A DNA stretch of 63,547 nt, from NCBI GenBank assembly GCA_051986585.1, contig JBPYFA010000293.1:1-63547 (forward strand). Reading direction: 5' to 3'. Position numbers and translations under genes: made by a program. The stretch comes from Vicinamibacterales bacterium. GTDB lineage: Bacteria; Acidobacteriota; Vicinamibacteria; Vicinamibacterales; 2-12-FULL-66-21. A model generated the notes under the pieces. It did not search any database. It had not been told where the DNA came from and saw nothing but the letters and a program-made list of their open reading frames with translations. Positions 1 through 9,974 of the stretch are shown here, in pieces (position 1 is the first letter of the stretch; each line of letters begins with the position of its first letter).

Positions 1-466
1 CGAGGAACCGGCGCTCGAGCGCGCTGCGCGCGCGGGTCCCGTCCGGGAATCGTTCGATCGCCGCCGCCGACTTCACACCGAGCACGAACTCCACCTGGCG
101 GAACTGGTCGGACTGAAAGCCGCTCGCCGCATCCAGGCGTTCACGGAACGTGAGGAACTCGAGCGGCGTCATGGTCTCGAGGATGTCGAGCTGCGCGACC
201 ATGACTTTCAGGATCGTCAGGATCCGCTTGAGCGTGTGCTGCGCGCGGTGTGGTTCATCCTCTTCGAGCCAGTGCCGGACACGGTCGAGTTCGTGCAACA
301 GCTCCTTGAACCAAAGCTCGTATACCTGATGAATGACGATGAAGAGCAGTTCGTCGTGCTCCGGCCCCTGCGAACGCGGCTGCTGGAGCGAAAGCAATTC
401 GTCGATCTTCAGGTAACTCGCATACGTCACGGCCGGATTGGTCACGCGCTCTCTCCCACTTGCCAT
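1..466 (-). CDS. kynA: tryptophan 2,3-dioxygenase, N-terminal part (gene continues past window start)
   Basis: The minus-strand frame from ATG 466 reads MASGRERVTNPAVTYASYLKIDELLSLQQPRSQGPEHDELLFIVIHQVYELWFKELLHEL...LETMTPLEFLTFRERLDAASGFQSDQFR, which are the conserved TDO blocks. It is open at the window edge, so it is absent from the ORF track. The 236..562 + ORF is its antisense shadow. Confidence 0.85.
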   Translation of the reverse strand, partial: MASGRERVTNPAVTYASYLKIDELLSLQQPRSQGPEHDELLFIVIHQVYELWFKELLHELDRVRHWLEEDEPHRAQHTLKRILTILKVMVAQLDILETMTPLEFLTFRERLDAASGFQSDQFRQVEFVLGVKSAAAIERFPDGTRARSALERRFL

Positions 467-513
467 TGCGACACAGTGTCAGGTTCGGTCCTCATTTGCC
501 AAGCATTCCACAC

Positions 514-557
514 CGGCTGCAATTGGACAGAGCCGGCCGCCTCTTCAATTGCAGCCG
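514..557. repeat. 12-bp perfect inverted repeat with a 20-nt spacer, in the kynA / membrane-GT divergent region
   Basis: CGGCTGCAATTG (514-525) and CAATTGCAGCCG (546-557) are exact reverse complements. Confidence 0.8.
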
Positions 558-614
558 CCTGAATAAACTGACCGCCCACGCCTCAGGCGAAGGACTTTCG
601 CCGAACGTGCTGGC

Positions 615-2129
615 TTGACTGGATGGCAAATATTCGGCACTCCTCTTGCTCGAAGCGGCGGCGTGCGGCTCAGCCAGTCGCGACTCGGGTCTCGCCACGT
701 GCTCGCGCTCGTCGGCGCCGTTATCAGTTGCCGCATGCTCTCGTTTCACGCGGCGCCCTTATACGACGACGCGTTCATCACGTTCCGGTGTGCCGCGAAC
801 CTTGCTGGCGGCCGCGGCTTCGTCTACAACCCGGGCGCCTCATGGGAGCCGATCCTCTCGCTGACGACGCCGGGTTACGGCCTGTTGTTGGCGTTGGCCG
901 CGAGACTCGGGATCGATCTGCCGACGGCGGCGCATGCGATCGCGCTCATCAGCGACGCCGTTTCGGCGACGCTCATGGTGCGCTTGCTCCGCCGACGTCA
1001 AGTTGCCGCGATGGCGGCGATCGCAGTGTTTGCCGCCATGCCCGCCCTGTTGCGAGTTGCGGCAGGCGGAATGGAGTCTCCGTTGTTACTGGCGCTGGCG
1101 CTCGGCGCGACGACAGCAGCGCCGGCAGCGCCGGCGATTGCGGCAGCGCTCGTTGTCGCCGCGTGCACCGTGCGCCCGGAAGCGGTGCTCCTGGGCGTCG
1201 CGCTGATGATACGGTTTCGACGGAGGCCACGCTGGATGCTCGCGTTCGCGCCAGGCGTGGCTATCGGCGGCGCGGCGTATGCGCTCGCGCTGACGATCGT
1301 GAATGGCTGGCCGGTGCCTCACTCGGTGATGGCGAAAGCCGTCATGACTGGGGCGAACCTGAATCGATCGTGGCTCGACGCGTGGACGGCGATCCTTCGC
1401 TCGTCGGCACTGCCGCATCTCGGCCTCGTGCCCCTGCTGCCGGTGATGGTTCTGGGATTGTGGATCGGCCTGCGACGCCTTCGCACGAAGCCAATCATCG
1501 CATTCGGACTGCTGATGGTAGCGAGTTACCTTGTGGCACGGCCGTTGACGGCGAGTTGGTATTTTTATGTGCCGCTGACGGTGTGGGCGATCGCGTTCGG
1601 GCTCGGCCTGGAACGAATCACGTTGCGGCTGCGCCTCGACTCCACTGCGAAACCGTTGCTCGCGTATCCACTTTCTGCCCTAACCGTGACGATCGTCGCC
1701 ATCGCCGCAGCGACGCACCCCGAGAAGGTGTCGGCGCGCGTTTACGATCCCATTCGCGTGTGGGGAGAGTCGTTGCCGGAAGGCCCCGTCACGGTTCTGG
1801 CGGAGGATGTCGGCGCCGTGGGCTACTACGCTCGACACGCACGAGTGCTCGACACGATCGGCCTGGTGTGGCCCGACGCGGTCGGATCAGAATCGTGGGC
1901 GGAGCTCGCGCGGACTCATGATCCAGACTATTTGCTGCTCATCGCAAAGCGGGGCAACGCGGAGCTGATGCGGCGCGACGCCGATCTGCGCGCGCGCTAC
2001 CAACCAATCGCGCGCTTCAGCGCATCCGGGGATCGCGATCTGGATCCACCACCGTACCAGCTGCCCTCCTCGTGGACGCACGATTACGTGTTATATCGGC
2101 GAGTAGGCCGCGGCGAGGGCGTGCGATGA
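615..2129 (+). CDS. polytopic membrane protein, putative GT-C-fold (ArnT/PMT-like) glycosyltransferase
   Basis: The 504-codon ORF has many hydrophobic segments (GYGLLLALAARLG, AIAVFAAMPALL, LVPLLPVMVLGLWIGL, WYFYVPLTVWAIAFGLGL) and a soluble C-terminal tail of about 130 aa. The family call rests on architecture only. The start is uncertain (ATG 615 or ATG 735). The stop overlaps the next gene as ATGA. Confidence 0.65.
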   Translation: MTGWQIFGTPLARSGGVRLSQSRLGSRHVLALVGAVISCRMLSFHAAPLYDDAFITFRCAANLAGGRGFVYNPGASWEPILSLTTPGYGLLLALAARLGIDLPTAAHAIALISDAVSATLMVRLLRRRQVAAMAAIAVFAAMPALLRVAAGGMESPLLLALALGATTAAPAAPAIAAALVVAACTVRPEAVLLGVALMIRFRRRPRWMLAFAPGVAIGGAAYALALTIVNGWPVPHSVMAKAVMTGANLNRSWLDAWTAILRSSALPHLGLVPLLPVMVLGLWIGLRRLRTKPIIAFGLLMVASYLVARPLTASWYFYVPLTVWAIAFGLGLERITLRLRLDSTAKPLLAYPLSALTVTIVAIAAATHPEKVSARVYDPIRVWGESLPEGPVTVLAEDVGAVGYYARHARVLDTIGLVWPDAVGSESWAELARTHDPDYLLLIAKRGNAELMRRDADLRARYQPIARFSASGDRDLDPPPYQLPSSWTHDYVLYRRVGRGEGVR

Positions 2130-3346
2130 TTCGTTCGTCCGATCGGGCGAGTCAAGGATCGTCCTTCCGTCGCGCCCTCACGACGGCTATCCAGAAGAAC
2201 CCCTGGCTGCTTACGGTGTTCAGCCTGATCTTTTCACTAGTGGTGGCAGAAGCACTGGTGCGGGTTATTGCGCCGCAGCAGCTGATCAGCCTCAGACCGG
2301 ATATCTGGCGGCCTGACGCGAAACTGTCCCACAGGCATTTCGCTAATGTAACCACGACCGTGAATACTGGCGAACGGGAAGTACATTTCTCGACCGACGA
2401 AGACGGCTACCGAATCAATGCGAACTCCCGTTCGGTGGGTGGGCATTACGCAAAAGCCATCCTGATGATCGGCGACTCGTTTTTGGAAGCTCTCCAGGTA
2501 GAAAATGAATCCACCGTGCCGCAGTTGATAGCGAGGTCGCTCGAGCAGAAGACAGGTCAGCCAGTACGAGTCGATAATGCGGGCGTAGGTGCCTGGAATC
2601 CCAATCATTACTATCTGATGGCCGAGGAGGCCCTGCAAAAGAGACGATACGATCTAGGAATCGTCTTTATTTCCATCCAGAACGACATTGTCGGCGTCGA
2701 GACCGAAACATTGAAACCGACGGATCCGGCGGCGACGCATCATTTCAAGATCCCAGAGAGCTTCGGTTGGCGGCCTTTGATTGACGCGTTCTTGTATCCA
2801 ATCAATGATCGGCTCGAAACTCGTTCGCATCTATTTGTCCTGTTCAGGACGACCGCTCGAGTTCAATTGGCCAGACTTGAATTAACGGCCGACACCTTCC
2901 CGAATATTTTCGACAAGAACGAAAAAGACGCACCCATGTGGGGCATCACGTCTGATATATGCGAGAAGATCAAGAACGAGTTTGCCGCGTATAACACTCC
3001 CGTGTTCTTCGTCTTTCTTCCCCCCGTGTATCAAGTGGAGACAGACATGTTCCAAGAATACGTTCGCTCCTTCAACATAGCTTCCGACTCCATTGAGCTG
3101 GAATTGCCCAACCGAGTGCTAAAACGGGAGTTCGAGAAACGGGGACTAGTCTTTTCGGATCCGCTTGAGTTCATGCGCGAGAAAGCCCTCAAGGGCACAA
3201 AGATGTACGGTCGCATCGATCGTCATTTCAGTGAGGAGGGACACAAAGCCGTGGCAGAGTGTATCGAACCAATGGTTGAGTCGTACATTCTGAGCCGTGG
3301 ACTGCAACACCGTGCCGCTTCAGTCGAAGCAGGTCATAGGTTTTAG
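2126..3346 (+). CDS. SGNH/GDSL-type hydrolase or acyl-esterase with N-terminal membrane anchor
   Basis: A single TM anchor (WLLTVFSLIFSLVVAEALV) is followed by a GDS block (ILMIGDSFLEALQ). ATG 2126 overlaps the upstream stop (ATGA). The gene is about 47-52% GC against about 67% in the flanking genes. Confidence 0.7.
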   Translation: MIRSSDRASQGSSFRRALTTAIQKNPWLLTVFSLIFSLVVAEALVRVIAPQQLISLRPDIWRPDAKLSHRHFANVTTTVNTGEREVHFSTDEDGYRINANSRSVGGHYAKAILMIGDSFLEALQVENESTVPQLIARSLEQKTGQPVRVDNAGVGAWNPNHYYLMAEEALQKRRYDLGIVFISIQNDIVGVETETLKPTDPAATHHFKIPESFGWRPLIDAFLYPINDRLETRSHLFVLFRTTARVQLARLELTADTFPNIFDKNEKDAPMWGITSDICEKIKNEFAAYNTPVFFVFLPPVYQVETDMFQEYVRSFNIASDSIELELPNRVLKREFEKRGLVFSDPLEFMREKALKGTKMYGRIDRHFSEEGHKAVAECIEPMVESYILSRGLQHRAASVEAGHRF

Positions 3347-4401
3347 TGGCGAGTCCACCGGCTCTGGACACAGGACGCTGAGGGAATGGAGCGGTTCCTC
3401 AGGGTCCCCGCAATCGTCGCTTCGAGGGCCGCTCTCAGATCGACCTGAGGCCGCCAGTGCAGCCGTTCGTGCGCGGCCGTGTTCGAGAAACGGATCTCTC
3501 TATAAAGCGGATCGATCACATACGGAAGGAAGCTTCGCGGCAGGTCGCCGCGGCATCGCCAGTACCACCGTTCATAGACGCTCGAAAGAAGTGAGATCGC
3601 CTGTCGCGGCACCGGCAACGTGTGCACGTCTCCGCCCGCCCGGCGATAGACGTCGACGAGCTGCCGAGCGGTGGGGAGCTCGTCGTCGATGACATTGAAA
3701 GTCGAGCCCTCAACGCCTTCAGTCAGCACCGCCGCCGACACGGCCGACGCGCAGTTTGCCACGAAGGTGCAAGGAATCCTCCTACCGCGGTTGACGAGCG
3801 CCAGGTAACGAGCCAGACGCGGTCCCAGACGATCGCTCAACCGGTTGCGTCCCGGACCGTAAACCACACCAGGACGCATCACGACGAGCGGCACCCTCGC
3901 GGCGCGGCAGACTGTCTCCTGCACAACCTTGCTGTAAACGTACGCGCTCCGGCGCTCTGGATACGGCTCGATCAGACACGTCTCGTCGACGGTTGCCCCT
4001 GCAGCGAGCGGACGCGACGGATACACCGCAATCGAGCTGACGAGAACGAACCGTCGAATTCCGCAGACCTCGGAGGCTTCAATCAGCCTGCGGGTTGCGA
4101 CAACGTTCTCTCGGACCAATATGCTCGCGGATCCGTGAAGAACGCCGGCCGCGTGCAGGACGACATCGCACCCCGCGACCCAGCGCCGATCGACGTCCCC
4201 AACACCGAGGGAACCGAAAACGATCTCGAGCCTGCCGGGGTCCACGAGCCCGTCGGCCATCGCGTCGTCGAGGACTGATGCCGCGCCCGCTTCGCCACGC
4301 ACCAGACATCGGACGCTCGCGCCGCCTGCGAGCAACTCGCGCACGACGGCTCGTCCAACGAACCCGGCCCCGCCGGTCACAAAGACGCGTGAAGCGCTCA
4401 T
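3343..4401 (-). CDS. NAD-dependent epimerase/dehydratase (extended SDR)
   Basis: It starts MSASRVFVTGGAGFVGRAVV (GxxGxxG) and has a YxxxK motif (YVYSK). ATG 4401 overlaps the upstream stop as ATGA. The extra 111 N-terminal codons of the track ORF lie inside the oxidoreductase gene. Confidence 0.85.
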   Translation of the reverse strand: MSASRVFVTGGAGFVGRAVVRELLAGGASVRCLVRGEAGAASVLDDAMADGLVDPGRLEIVFGSLGVGDVDRRWVAGCDVVLHAAGVLHGSASILVRENVVATRRLIEASEVCGIRRFVLVSSIAVYPSRPLAAGATVDETCLIEPYPERRSAYVYSKVVQETVCRAARVPLVVMRPGVVYGPGRNRLSDRLGPRLARYLALVNRGRRIPCTFVANCASAVSAAVLTEGVEGSTFNVIDDELPTARQLVDVYRRAGGDVHTLPVPRQAISLLSSVYERWYWRCRGDLPRSFLPYVIDPLYREIRFSNTAAHERLHWRPQVDLRAALEATIAGTLRNRSIPSASCVQSRWTRH

Positions 4402-5489
4402 GCCGGAACCACCACTTCGCAGCGGCCGGGGTCCTCGCTGCCCGTGAGCGCGCGAATGACGTCCTCCTGCAGTAGACACGTGCGGTAGACATCCGCTGGC
4501 GGCGTTGGTGAGGGACGGCCGTCGATCACGGCCTGGTAGAAGAGCCGCACGAGGTGCTGCAATCCAGCGAAGTGGGTCAGCTCGCCTCTGAGGAGCCGGA
4601 ACAGATTTCGGGTCAGCATCCGAGCGCTCTCCCGTGTGCTCGACCAGGGCAGATGAATTCTGGCGGCGAGCCCCGGCAGGTTCGAGACTGGCCGAAGCCG
4701 CGTCGCCCGTGCCTCGAAGTCGACTTCGAGCCACCCCCCGTCACCGTGAACACGAACGTAGCTGGCTGCCGGGCGTGTCCCGGTGACGAACGTCAGCGTC
4801 GCGGCGGTCGAGGTCCCACGGACCAGCGCCTGCAGCTCGGTGGCGCAGTCCCGATCGGCGCCACGCCACGACACAGAAGTAACCGTGGGCCGCTCATCCG
4901 GAATCAGCGCGGCGAGCGCCGCAACACCGTGAGGAATCGCATTGCACAAGAGGCCGCCCGGCAGCTGCCACACCCAGTGGCGCTCGTCCTTCGTGAACAC
5001 CTTCCCAAACGGACCATCGAGATCGTAAGCCTGGAAGAACTCGACGAACCTCACTGTACCGATCGTTGCCGATCGAATGCGCGACACGCAGTCGAGCCAG
5101 GCGGGATCGAACAGTCGGTCGTGCCCGGCGCATACGATGCGTCCGTGCGCCGCCGCATTCGACAGCATCTGGCGAGCCTGGGGCGCGCTGATCGCGAACG
5201 GTTTTTCGACGTAAGCATGCGAACCGGCATCGACCACGCGATCAAGAAGGGCCTGATGGGTCGCAGGCGGAGTGCAAATGTGAACGACATCCGGCCGCGA
5301 CAACTCCAGCATCCGATCCAGATCGGACTCCCAGGTCGGCACGCCGAACCTGAGCGCGGCCTGGCGCGCGAGGTCGGGGACGAGATCGCACACGGCTACC
5401 ATGGTTGCGAGACCGCTCGATCGCGACGCTTGCAGGTGCGCATCGGCAATCTGACCGCACCCGACGACGGCTGCTCTTAGGTTTCGCAT
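4398..5489 (-). CDS. Gfo/Idh/MocA family oxidoreductase
   Basis: An N-terminal Rossmann motif (MRNLRAAVVGCGQIADAHL) and the family EKP motif (HAYVEKPFA) are present. Confidence 0.85.
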   Translation of the reverse strand: MRNLRAAVVGCGQIADAHLQASRSSGLATMVAVCDLVPDLARQAALRFGVPTWESDLDRMLELSRPDVVHICTPPATHQALLDRVVDAGSHAYVEKPFAISAPQARQMLSNAAAHGRIVCAGHDRLFDPAWLDCVSRIRSATIGTVRFVEFFQAYDLDGPFGKVFTKDERHWVWQLPGGLLCNAIPHGVAALAALIPDERPTVTSVSWRGADRDCATELQALVRGTSTAATLTFVTGTRPAASYVRVHGDGGWLEVDFEARATRLRPVSNLPGLAARIHLPWSSTRESARMLTRNLFRLLRGELTHFAGLQHLVRLFYQAVIDGRPSPTPPADVYRTCLLQEDVIRALTGSEDPGRCEVVVPA

Positions 5490-6694
5490 GTCACCGCGTC
5501 GCGGGCCGCCGTCTCGGCGAGCAGCCTGGCCAGCACGGAGACTTGCACCGCGGGCGAGAAGCGCCGAATCACGGTGTCGCGAGCACAGATTGCCATCTCT
5601 TGCGCCTGTTCGGGATCGCCGGCGATGGCGTCAAAGGCTGCGCAAAGCGCCTCGGGGTCTTCAACCGGGACGAGCAGGCCATTCCGCCCGTTCTCGATCA
5701 GCTCTCGCTGTCCTCCAGTATCGGTCGCGATGACCGGCAAGGCGGTGGACATTGCCTCCATGGTCGCGTTCGCCAGACCTTCATAGATGCTGGGCTGGAC
5801 GTAGGCGTCGGCCGCTTGCATCCACCTCGCGACATGATCGTGGGGCACCGGTCCAACGATCATCACGCGCCCGGCTTTCGCGAGTTCACGCACCAGCCCA
5901 GGTTCAACGAGTCGTCCGACCACGGCCAGGCGCCATGCTGGCCATTTCGCTGCGTGGCGCCCCCATGCGCGTACGAGGTTGCGAATGCCCTTCCGCTCGA
6001 TCACCGAACCGCAGAAGAGCATCAGCCTCGTATTCGCGGATATCCCGAGCGACGCCCTTACCGCCGCCCGGTTCGGGGCAGGTGTAAATCGCGTCGCATC
6101 GCAGCCGTTGTACACGACGTTGATCGACCTGGCGGCGTCCGGTGCAATGCGGCGTGCCTCGTCGCGAAGACCGATGCAGTTGGTCAGTACCGTGTCGGCA
6201 TCTCGCACGACGCGCGCCACGTAGGGGCGGCAATGCGGGTTCACTGTCTGCCAATGGTGCATCTCGCTGCCACGCGCGATGGCGGCGACCGGCCACCCGA
6301 AACGGCGCCGGAGTTCGAGCGCGGCCGCGCCGCCGGGCCACAGCCAGTGCGCATAGATGATGTTGGTGCCCGAGACGGTCGAATGCCGTTCGAGATATCG
6401 AGCCACGGCTTCGCCAACCTTTGGGATCACATCACCGGCTCTGTGAAAGGTCCGACCAACGAACACGGTGTGAATGCGAAATCCGCGCTCCTCGTCTCGC
6501 GCCGCGAGGCCGCTGGCGTAGCGAACTCGCCACACGAAAGGGGGCACGCCTGGCGGGCAGTACCGGAATGCGACGACCTCGCACTGGACGCCCGTGTCGA
6601 TCAGATTCCGGACTTGCTGCCGAACGAACACGGCATCGTGCGGATTCTTCTCCCACGGGTAAATGGAAGTGAGGACCAGAACCCGGGTGCTCAT
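5477..6694 (-). CDS. glycosyltransferase family 4 (GT-B, group 1)
   Basis: It starts MSTRVLVLTSIYPWEKNP... and has the C-terminal donor-binding block PSIYEGLANATMEAMSTALPVIATDTGGQRELI. It is the first gene of a three-gene minus-strand operon with overlapping junctions. Confidence 0.85.
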   Translation of the reverse strand: MSTRVLVLTSIYPWEKNPHDAVFVRQQVRNLIDTGVQCEVVAFRYCPPGVPPFVWRVRYASGLAARDEERGFRIHTVFVGRTFHRAGDVIPKVGEAVARYLERHSTVSGTNIIYAHWLWPGGAAALELRRRFGWPVAAIARGSEMHHWQTVNPHCRPYVARVVRDADTVLTNCIGLRDEARRIAPDAARSINVVYNGCDATRFTPAPNRAAVRASLGISANTRLMLFCGSVIERKGIRNLVRAWGRHAAKWPAWRLAVVGRLVEPGLVRELAKAGRVMIVGPVPHDHVARWMQAADAYVQPSIYEGLANATMEAMSTALPVIATDTGGQRELIENGRNGLLVPVEDPEALCAAFDAIAGDPEQAQEMAICARDTVIRRFSPAVQVSVLARLLAETAARDAVTCET

Positions 6695-6949
6695 TCACGT
6701 CACTCGAACCCTGGGCAATCTCTGGCCTGAGATCGAAGCTCATCCCTACGCATCGCACGCGTTGCGAACGCAATTCGCGCACCATCAGCGAGCGAAATTT
6801 TGACGCCCGATCCGCCTCGAATTTGCCGAGACAGTTGTCCGATTTCGTCAAAAAGGGAAAAAGCTCGGGCGAACGAGGTAATTGGACGGCGAAGCCGGGA
6901 ACAATTACGATTCACTCCTCGTTTCTCTCCACGACTTCGGTCTTTCACG

Positions 6950-9442
6950 ATGACATCAAACAACGCCTCAGCTTCCTCGTCAGCCGGCATCTTCAGCGGC
7001 TCGCTAACCGACGTCCGTCACACTTTCCGTCTTCTATGGAAGTCGAAGCGAATCACCGCAACGACCCTAATCACGTTGGCGCTTTGCATTGGCGCGACCA
7101 CGGCAATCTTTTCCTCCGTCTACGCGCTGATGTTGAAGCCTCTCCCATATCAGGAACCGGAGCGGATTGTGGAGCTGTACACATCCGCGGCGAAGGCTGG
7201 TCTCTACCACATGCCGGCCAACATCCCCTTCTACATCGACTACTCCCGGAACGCGTCCTCCTACGAGAGCCTGGGACTGTGGACGTTTTTTTACGGTCTG
7301 GTCGGAGAAAAGGATTCCGTCGTTCGTACTCCCGGCGTGCGGATGACGGCGGAAATGTTCACCATCTTGCGGATCCAGCCGCTGCTTGGGTCCTTTTTCA
7401 CAAAAGACCAGAACAAGCCCGGCGCCGACAAAGTGATCGTGCTGACGCAGTCCTATTGGCAGACGCAATATCAGGAGAGTCCAGAAGTCCTCGGCAAGGA
7501 TGTGCACATCGACGATGAAGCGTACAAGGTGATCGGCGTGGCGCCGCGGGCCTTGGAGGCGTTTGATGCGCGCATGAAGTTCGTCGTGCCGTTGAGTTGG
7601 CCGACAGCGGCGGAGAACCCCCAGGGTCGGTACGGCGTCGGCATCCAGTTGTTTGGACGCCTCAAACCGGGCATCACCGCCGGTCAGGCCGACGCCGAGG
7701 CCAAGCTATTGGAGAAGCGCTACGTCGATGCCGGCCCCCCACCGTTGAAAGCGTTTGTCGATCGCTCGGGCATGACGATGAATGTCGGCGGGGTCCAGGA
7801 GCAACGCGTCCAACCGGTGCGGCCGACGCTGCTGCTGCTGCAGGGCTGCGTCGCGTTTGTGCTCCTGATCGGCTGCGTCAATGTCGCGAACCTTTTGCTC
7901 GTACGTTCGAACGCCCGTCAATCGGAGTTGGCCGTCCGATCCGCGCTCGGCGCTCCGCGCACGACGATCGCGCGACAGTTCCTCATGGAAAGCCTGTTGC
8001 TGACGTCCATCGGCACGCTGCTGGGACTGGGCGTGGCCTGGGGCGCGCTTCGATTGACGAATTACTACCTCGCGAAGATGCTGCCGCAATCGCTGCCGGC
8101 ATCGCTCGATTGGCGGGTGCTCGCCTTTGCCGTCGCGCTCACCGCGGTCGTCGGGCTGCTCATCGGCTTGATCCCCGTTTTCCACATCTTGCGCACGAAT
8201 CTCGCGGCGGTGATCCAGAGCAGCTCGCGCAGTGCATCATCGAGCCGGGGAGTGCGCGCGCTGAGCGGCGTTCTCGTGGTGGCCCAGGTCGCCGTGGCGT
8301 TGATGCTGCTGATTGGCGCCGGATTGCTGATCCACAGCTTCGCCGAGGCCTTGAAAATCGACACCGGCCTCGAGCCGACGCACGTCGTCACCGCGCGCAT
8401 CGCGCTGACGCGGGAACATCGGGCCAGCGACGACGCAGCCAAATCGATTCGCGATCGCCTGCTGCAGGCGATGAAGGAAATACCGGGCGTGACGTCGGTC
8501 GCGTTGTCGCAATCGACCCCCTTCCAGGGAGGGCTGCCGATCAACGCGTTCACCCTTGAGAACGATACGCTGCCACCGGGTTCTCCCCAGCCCGGCGCCT
8601 TCCGAGTGATCGTGACCCCGGCGTACGCGGAAACGCTCGGCCTGAAGCTCGTGGAAGGGCGTTTCTACGAAGAAGCCGATCTGGCGCCCGGCCGGCGCCT
8701 GTTTGTCGTCGATCAGAGCTTCGCGCGCAAGTTTTTCCCAAATGGCTCCGCCGTTGGTGGAAAGTTCTCCTTCGCCGGACGGCCGGATAAACCTGAAGAC
8801 TGGCCGGTGATCATCGGCGTCGTGAAGGACGTGCCCCATAATGGCGTCGAGGAGAAGAGCGGCAACCCGTTCATCTATCAACTGCTGCAGGGAGGACGGC
8901 CGAACGGATTGACGCTGTTCATGCGGACAAACCGGCCGACAGCCGACGCGGTGTCGGCCTTGCGCGAGAAAGTGCATGCCATCGATCCCGCGAGTCCACT
9001 GTTCGACGTCGGCATCCTTCAGGAAGCCGTGGATTCCTCGTTCGACAATCGTCGTGCCGTGATGTTGTTGCTCGCCGCATTTGCCGGCTTGGCCATGTTC
9101 CTGTCAGCCCTCGGCATCTATGGCGTCCTGGCGTACGACGTTTCACAGCGAACGCGCGAGATTGGCGTGCGCAGCGCGATCGGTGCCTCGCGAGGGCAGA
9201 TTGCCACTCTGATCCTGCGACAGGGACTGTGGAAGGGGGGTGTCGGAGTCGTGTTGGGCTTGATCGGCGCGGCGCTTCTCAGCAGGTTCATGACGACTCT
9301 GCTCTTCAACGTTCAACCAACCGATCCAGTCGTGTACGCAGCCGTCTCGTTTGCGTTGATCGCCGTGGCGCTTCTCGCCAGCTATCTACCGGCCCGTCGC
9401 GCGTCCCGGCTCGATCCGCTGATTGCGTTGCGTGAAGAGTGA
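6950..9442 (+). CDS. ADOP-family duplicated MacB/FtsX-type ABC permease
   Basis: The N-terminus reads FRLLWKSKRITATTLITLALCIGATTAIFS. There are two FtsX-like 4-TM modules separated by large periplasmic domains, and the C-terminus is LASYLPARRASRLDPLIALREE. ATG 6950 was chosen; the 6800 start adds 50 non-hydrophobic, basic residues. Confidence 0.85.
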   Translation: MTSNNASASSSAGIFSGSLTDVRHTFRLLWKSKRITATTLITLALCIGATTAIFSSVYALMLKPLPYQEPERIVELYTSAAKAGLYHMPANIPFYIDYSRNASSYESLGLWTFFYGLVGEKDSVVRTPGVRMTAEMFTILRIQPLLGSFFTKDQNKPGADKVIVLTQSYWQTQYQESPEVLGKDVHIDDEAYKVIGVAPRALEAFDARMKFVVPLSWPTAAENPQGRYGVGIQLFGRLKPGITAGQADAEAKLLEKRYVDAGPPPLKAFVDRSGMTMNVGGVQEQRVQPVRPTLLLLQGCVAFVLLIGCVNVANLLLVRSNARQSELAVRSALGAPRTTIARQFLMESLLLTSIGTLLGLGVAWGALRLTNYYLAKMLPQSLPASLDWRVLAFAVALTAVVGLLIGLIPVFHILRTNLAAVIQSSSRSASSSRGVRALSGVLVVAQVAVALMLLIGAGLLIHSFAEALKIDTGLEPTHVVTARIALTREHRASDDAAKSIRDRLLQAMKEIPGVTSVALSQSTPFQGGLPINAFTLENDTLPPGSPQPGAFRVIVTPAYAETLGLKLVEGRFYEEADLAPGRRLFVVDQSFARKFFPNGSAVGGKFSFAGRPDKPEDWPVIIGVVKDVPHNGVEEKSGNPFIYQLLQGGRPNGLTLFMRTNRPTADAVSALREKVHAIDPASPLFDVGILQEAVDSSFDNRRAVMLLLAAFAGLAMFLSALGIYGVLAYDVSQRTREIGVRSAIGASRGQIATLILRQGLWKGGVGVVLGLIGAALLSRFMTTLLFNVQPTDPVVYAAVSFALIAVALLASYLPARRASRLDPLIALREE

Positions 9443-9473
9443 GGGCGAGATTGCGGCGACGCCCTGAGCTCCC

Positions 9474-9890
9474 GTGACGTACACTCGCGCAATGGAATCT
9501 GAAATCGTGAACGAGAGGCGACCAGCCGGATTGTGGGTGCTGACCGTCGTTCTCCTCGCCAGTCCGGCGTTTCATGCGCTTGCGCTGTGGCTCGACGCGC
9601 GCTGGCTCAACTTCGGCAGCCATCATCCTTGGGACTCGTTCGTTTACTTCATCATCGCGCCGGTGGTCGGGTGGCTGATGCTTCGTCGTCACGAGCGCGC
9701 GCGATTCTCCGTCTACGTGTTCTTGTCGTGCGAGATCCTGCGTGCGATCCGGATCCACTCCGTGGTTCTGGGCTTGTTGGCCGCGGGCTCGATCCTGTAT
9801 CTGCAGCTTCCCGCCGCACGCCGGTTCCATCCCTCCGTCGACCCGCGGAAAGTGATGGCACGAATGCGCCTCAGAACGCCGACGATGTGA
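9474..9890 (+). CDS. small hypothetical membrane protein (3-4 TM)
   Basis: Hydrophobic segments include GLWVLTVVLLASPAFHALALWL, FVYFIIAPVVGWLML and VVLGLLAAGSILYL. The start may be GTG 9474 or ATG 9492. I recognise no family. Confidence 0.5.
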   Translation: MTYTRAMESEIVNERRPAGLWVLTVVLLASPAFHALALWLDARWLNFGSHHPWDSFVYFIIAPVVGWLMLRRHERARFSVYVFLSCEILRAIRIHSVVLGLLAAGSILYLQLPAARRFHPSVDPRKVMARMRLRTPTM

Positions 9891-9974
9891 GCTGCTCCGA
9901 CGCGTCGCCGCAAAAGTGAACCGTTGTGCGGCGCTGGCTTTGGCCACCCGGCATGCCTTTGCTACGCTTGCTGT

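Noticed and set aside
3343-4734. Long N-terminal extensions of track ORFs (3343..4734, 6800..9442, 23618..24529, 28093..30600, 34550..36415, 43047..44519, 53173..54708, 59620..61425, 61477..62604)
   Set aside because: Internal starts give proper signal peptides or Rossmann N-termini, ATGA/GTGA coupling or Shine-Dalgarno sequences. The extensions overlap upstream genes or translate repeat DNA.
6695-6949. Regulatory palindrome or PadR-type regulator upstream of the ADOP permease
   Set aside because: The candidate GCGTTGCGAACGC-like string is not a true palindrome on checking. No regulator ORF with recognisable motifs lies in this 255-bp gap.
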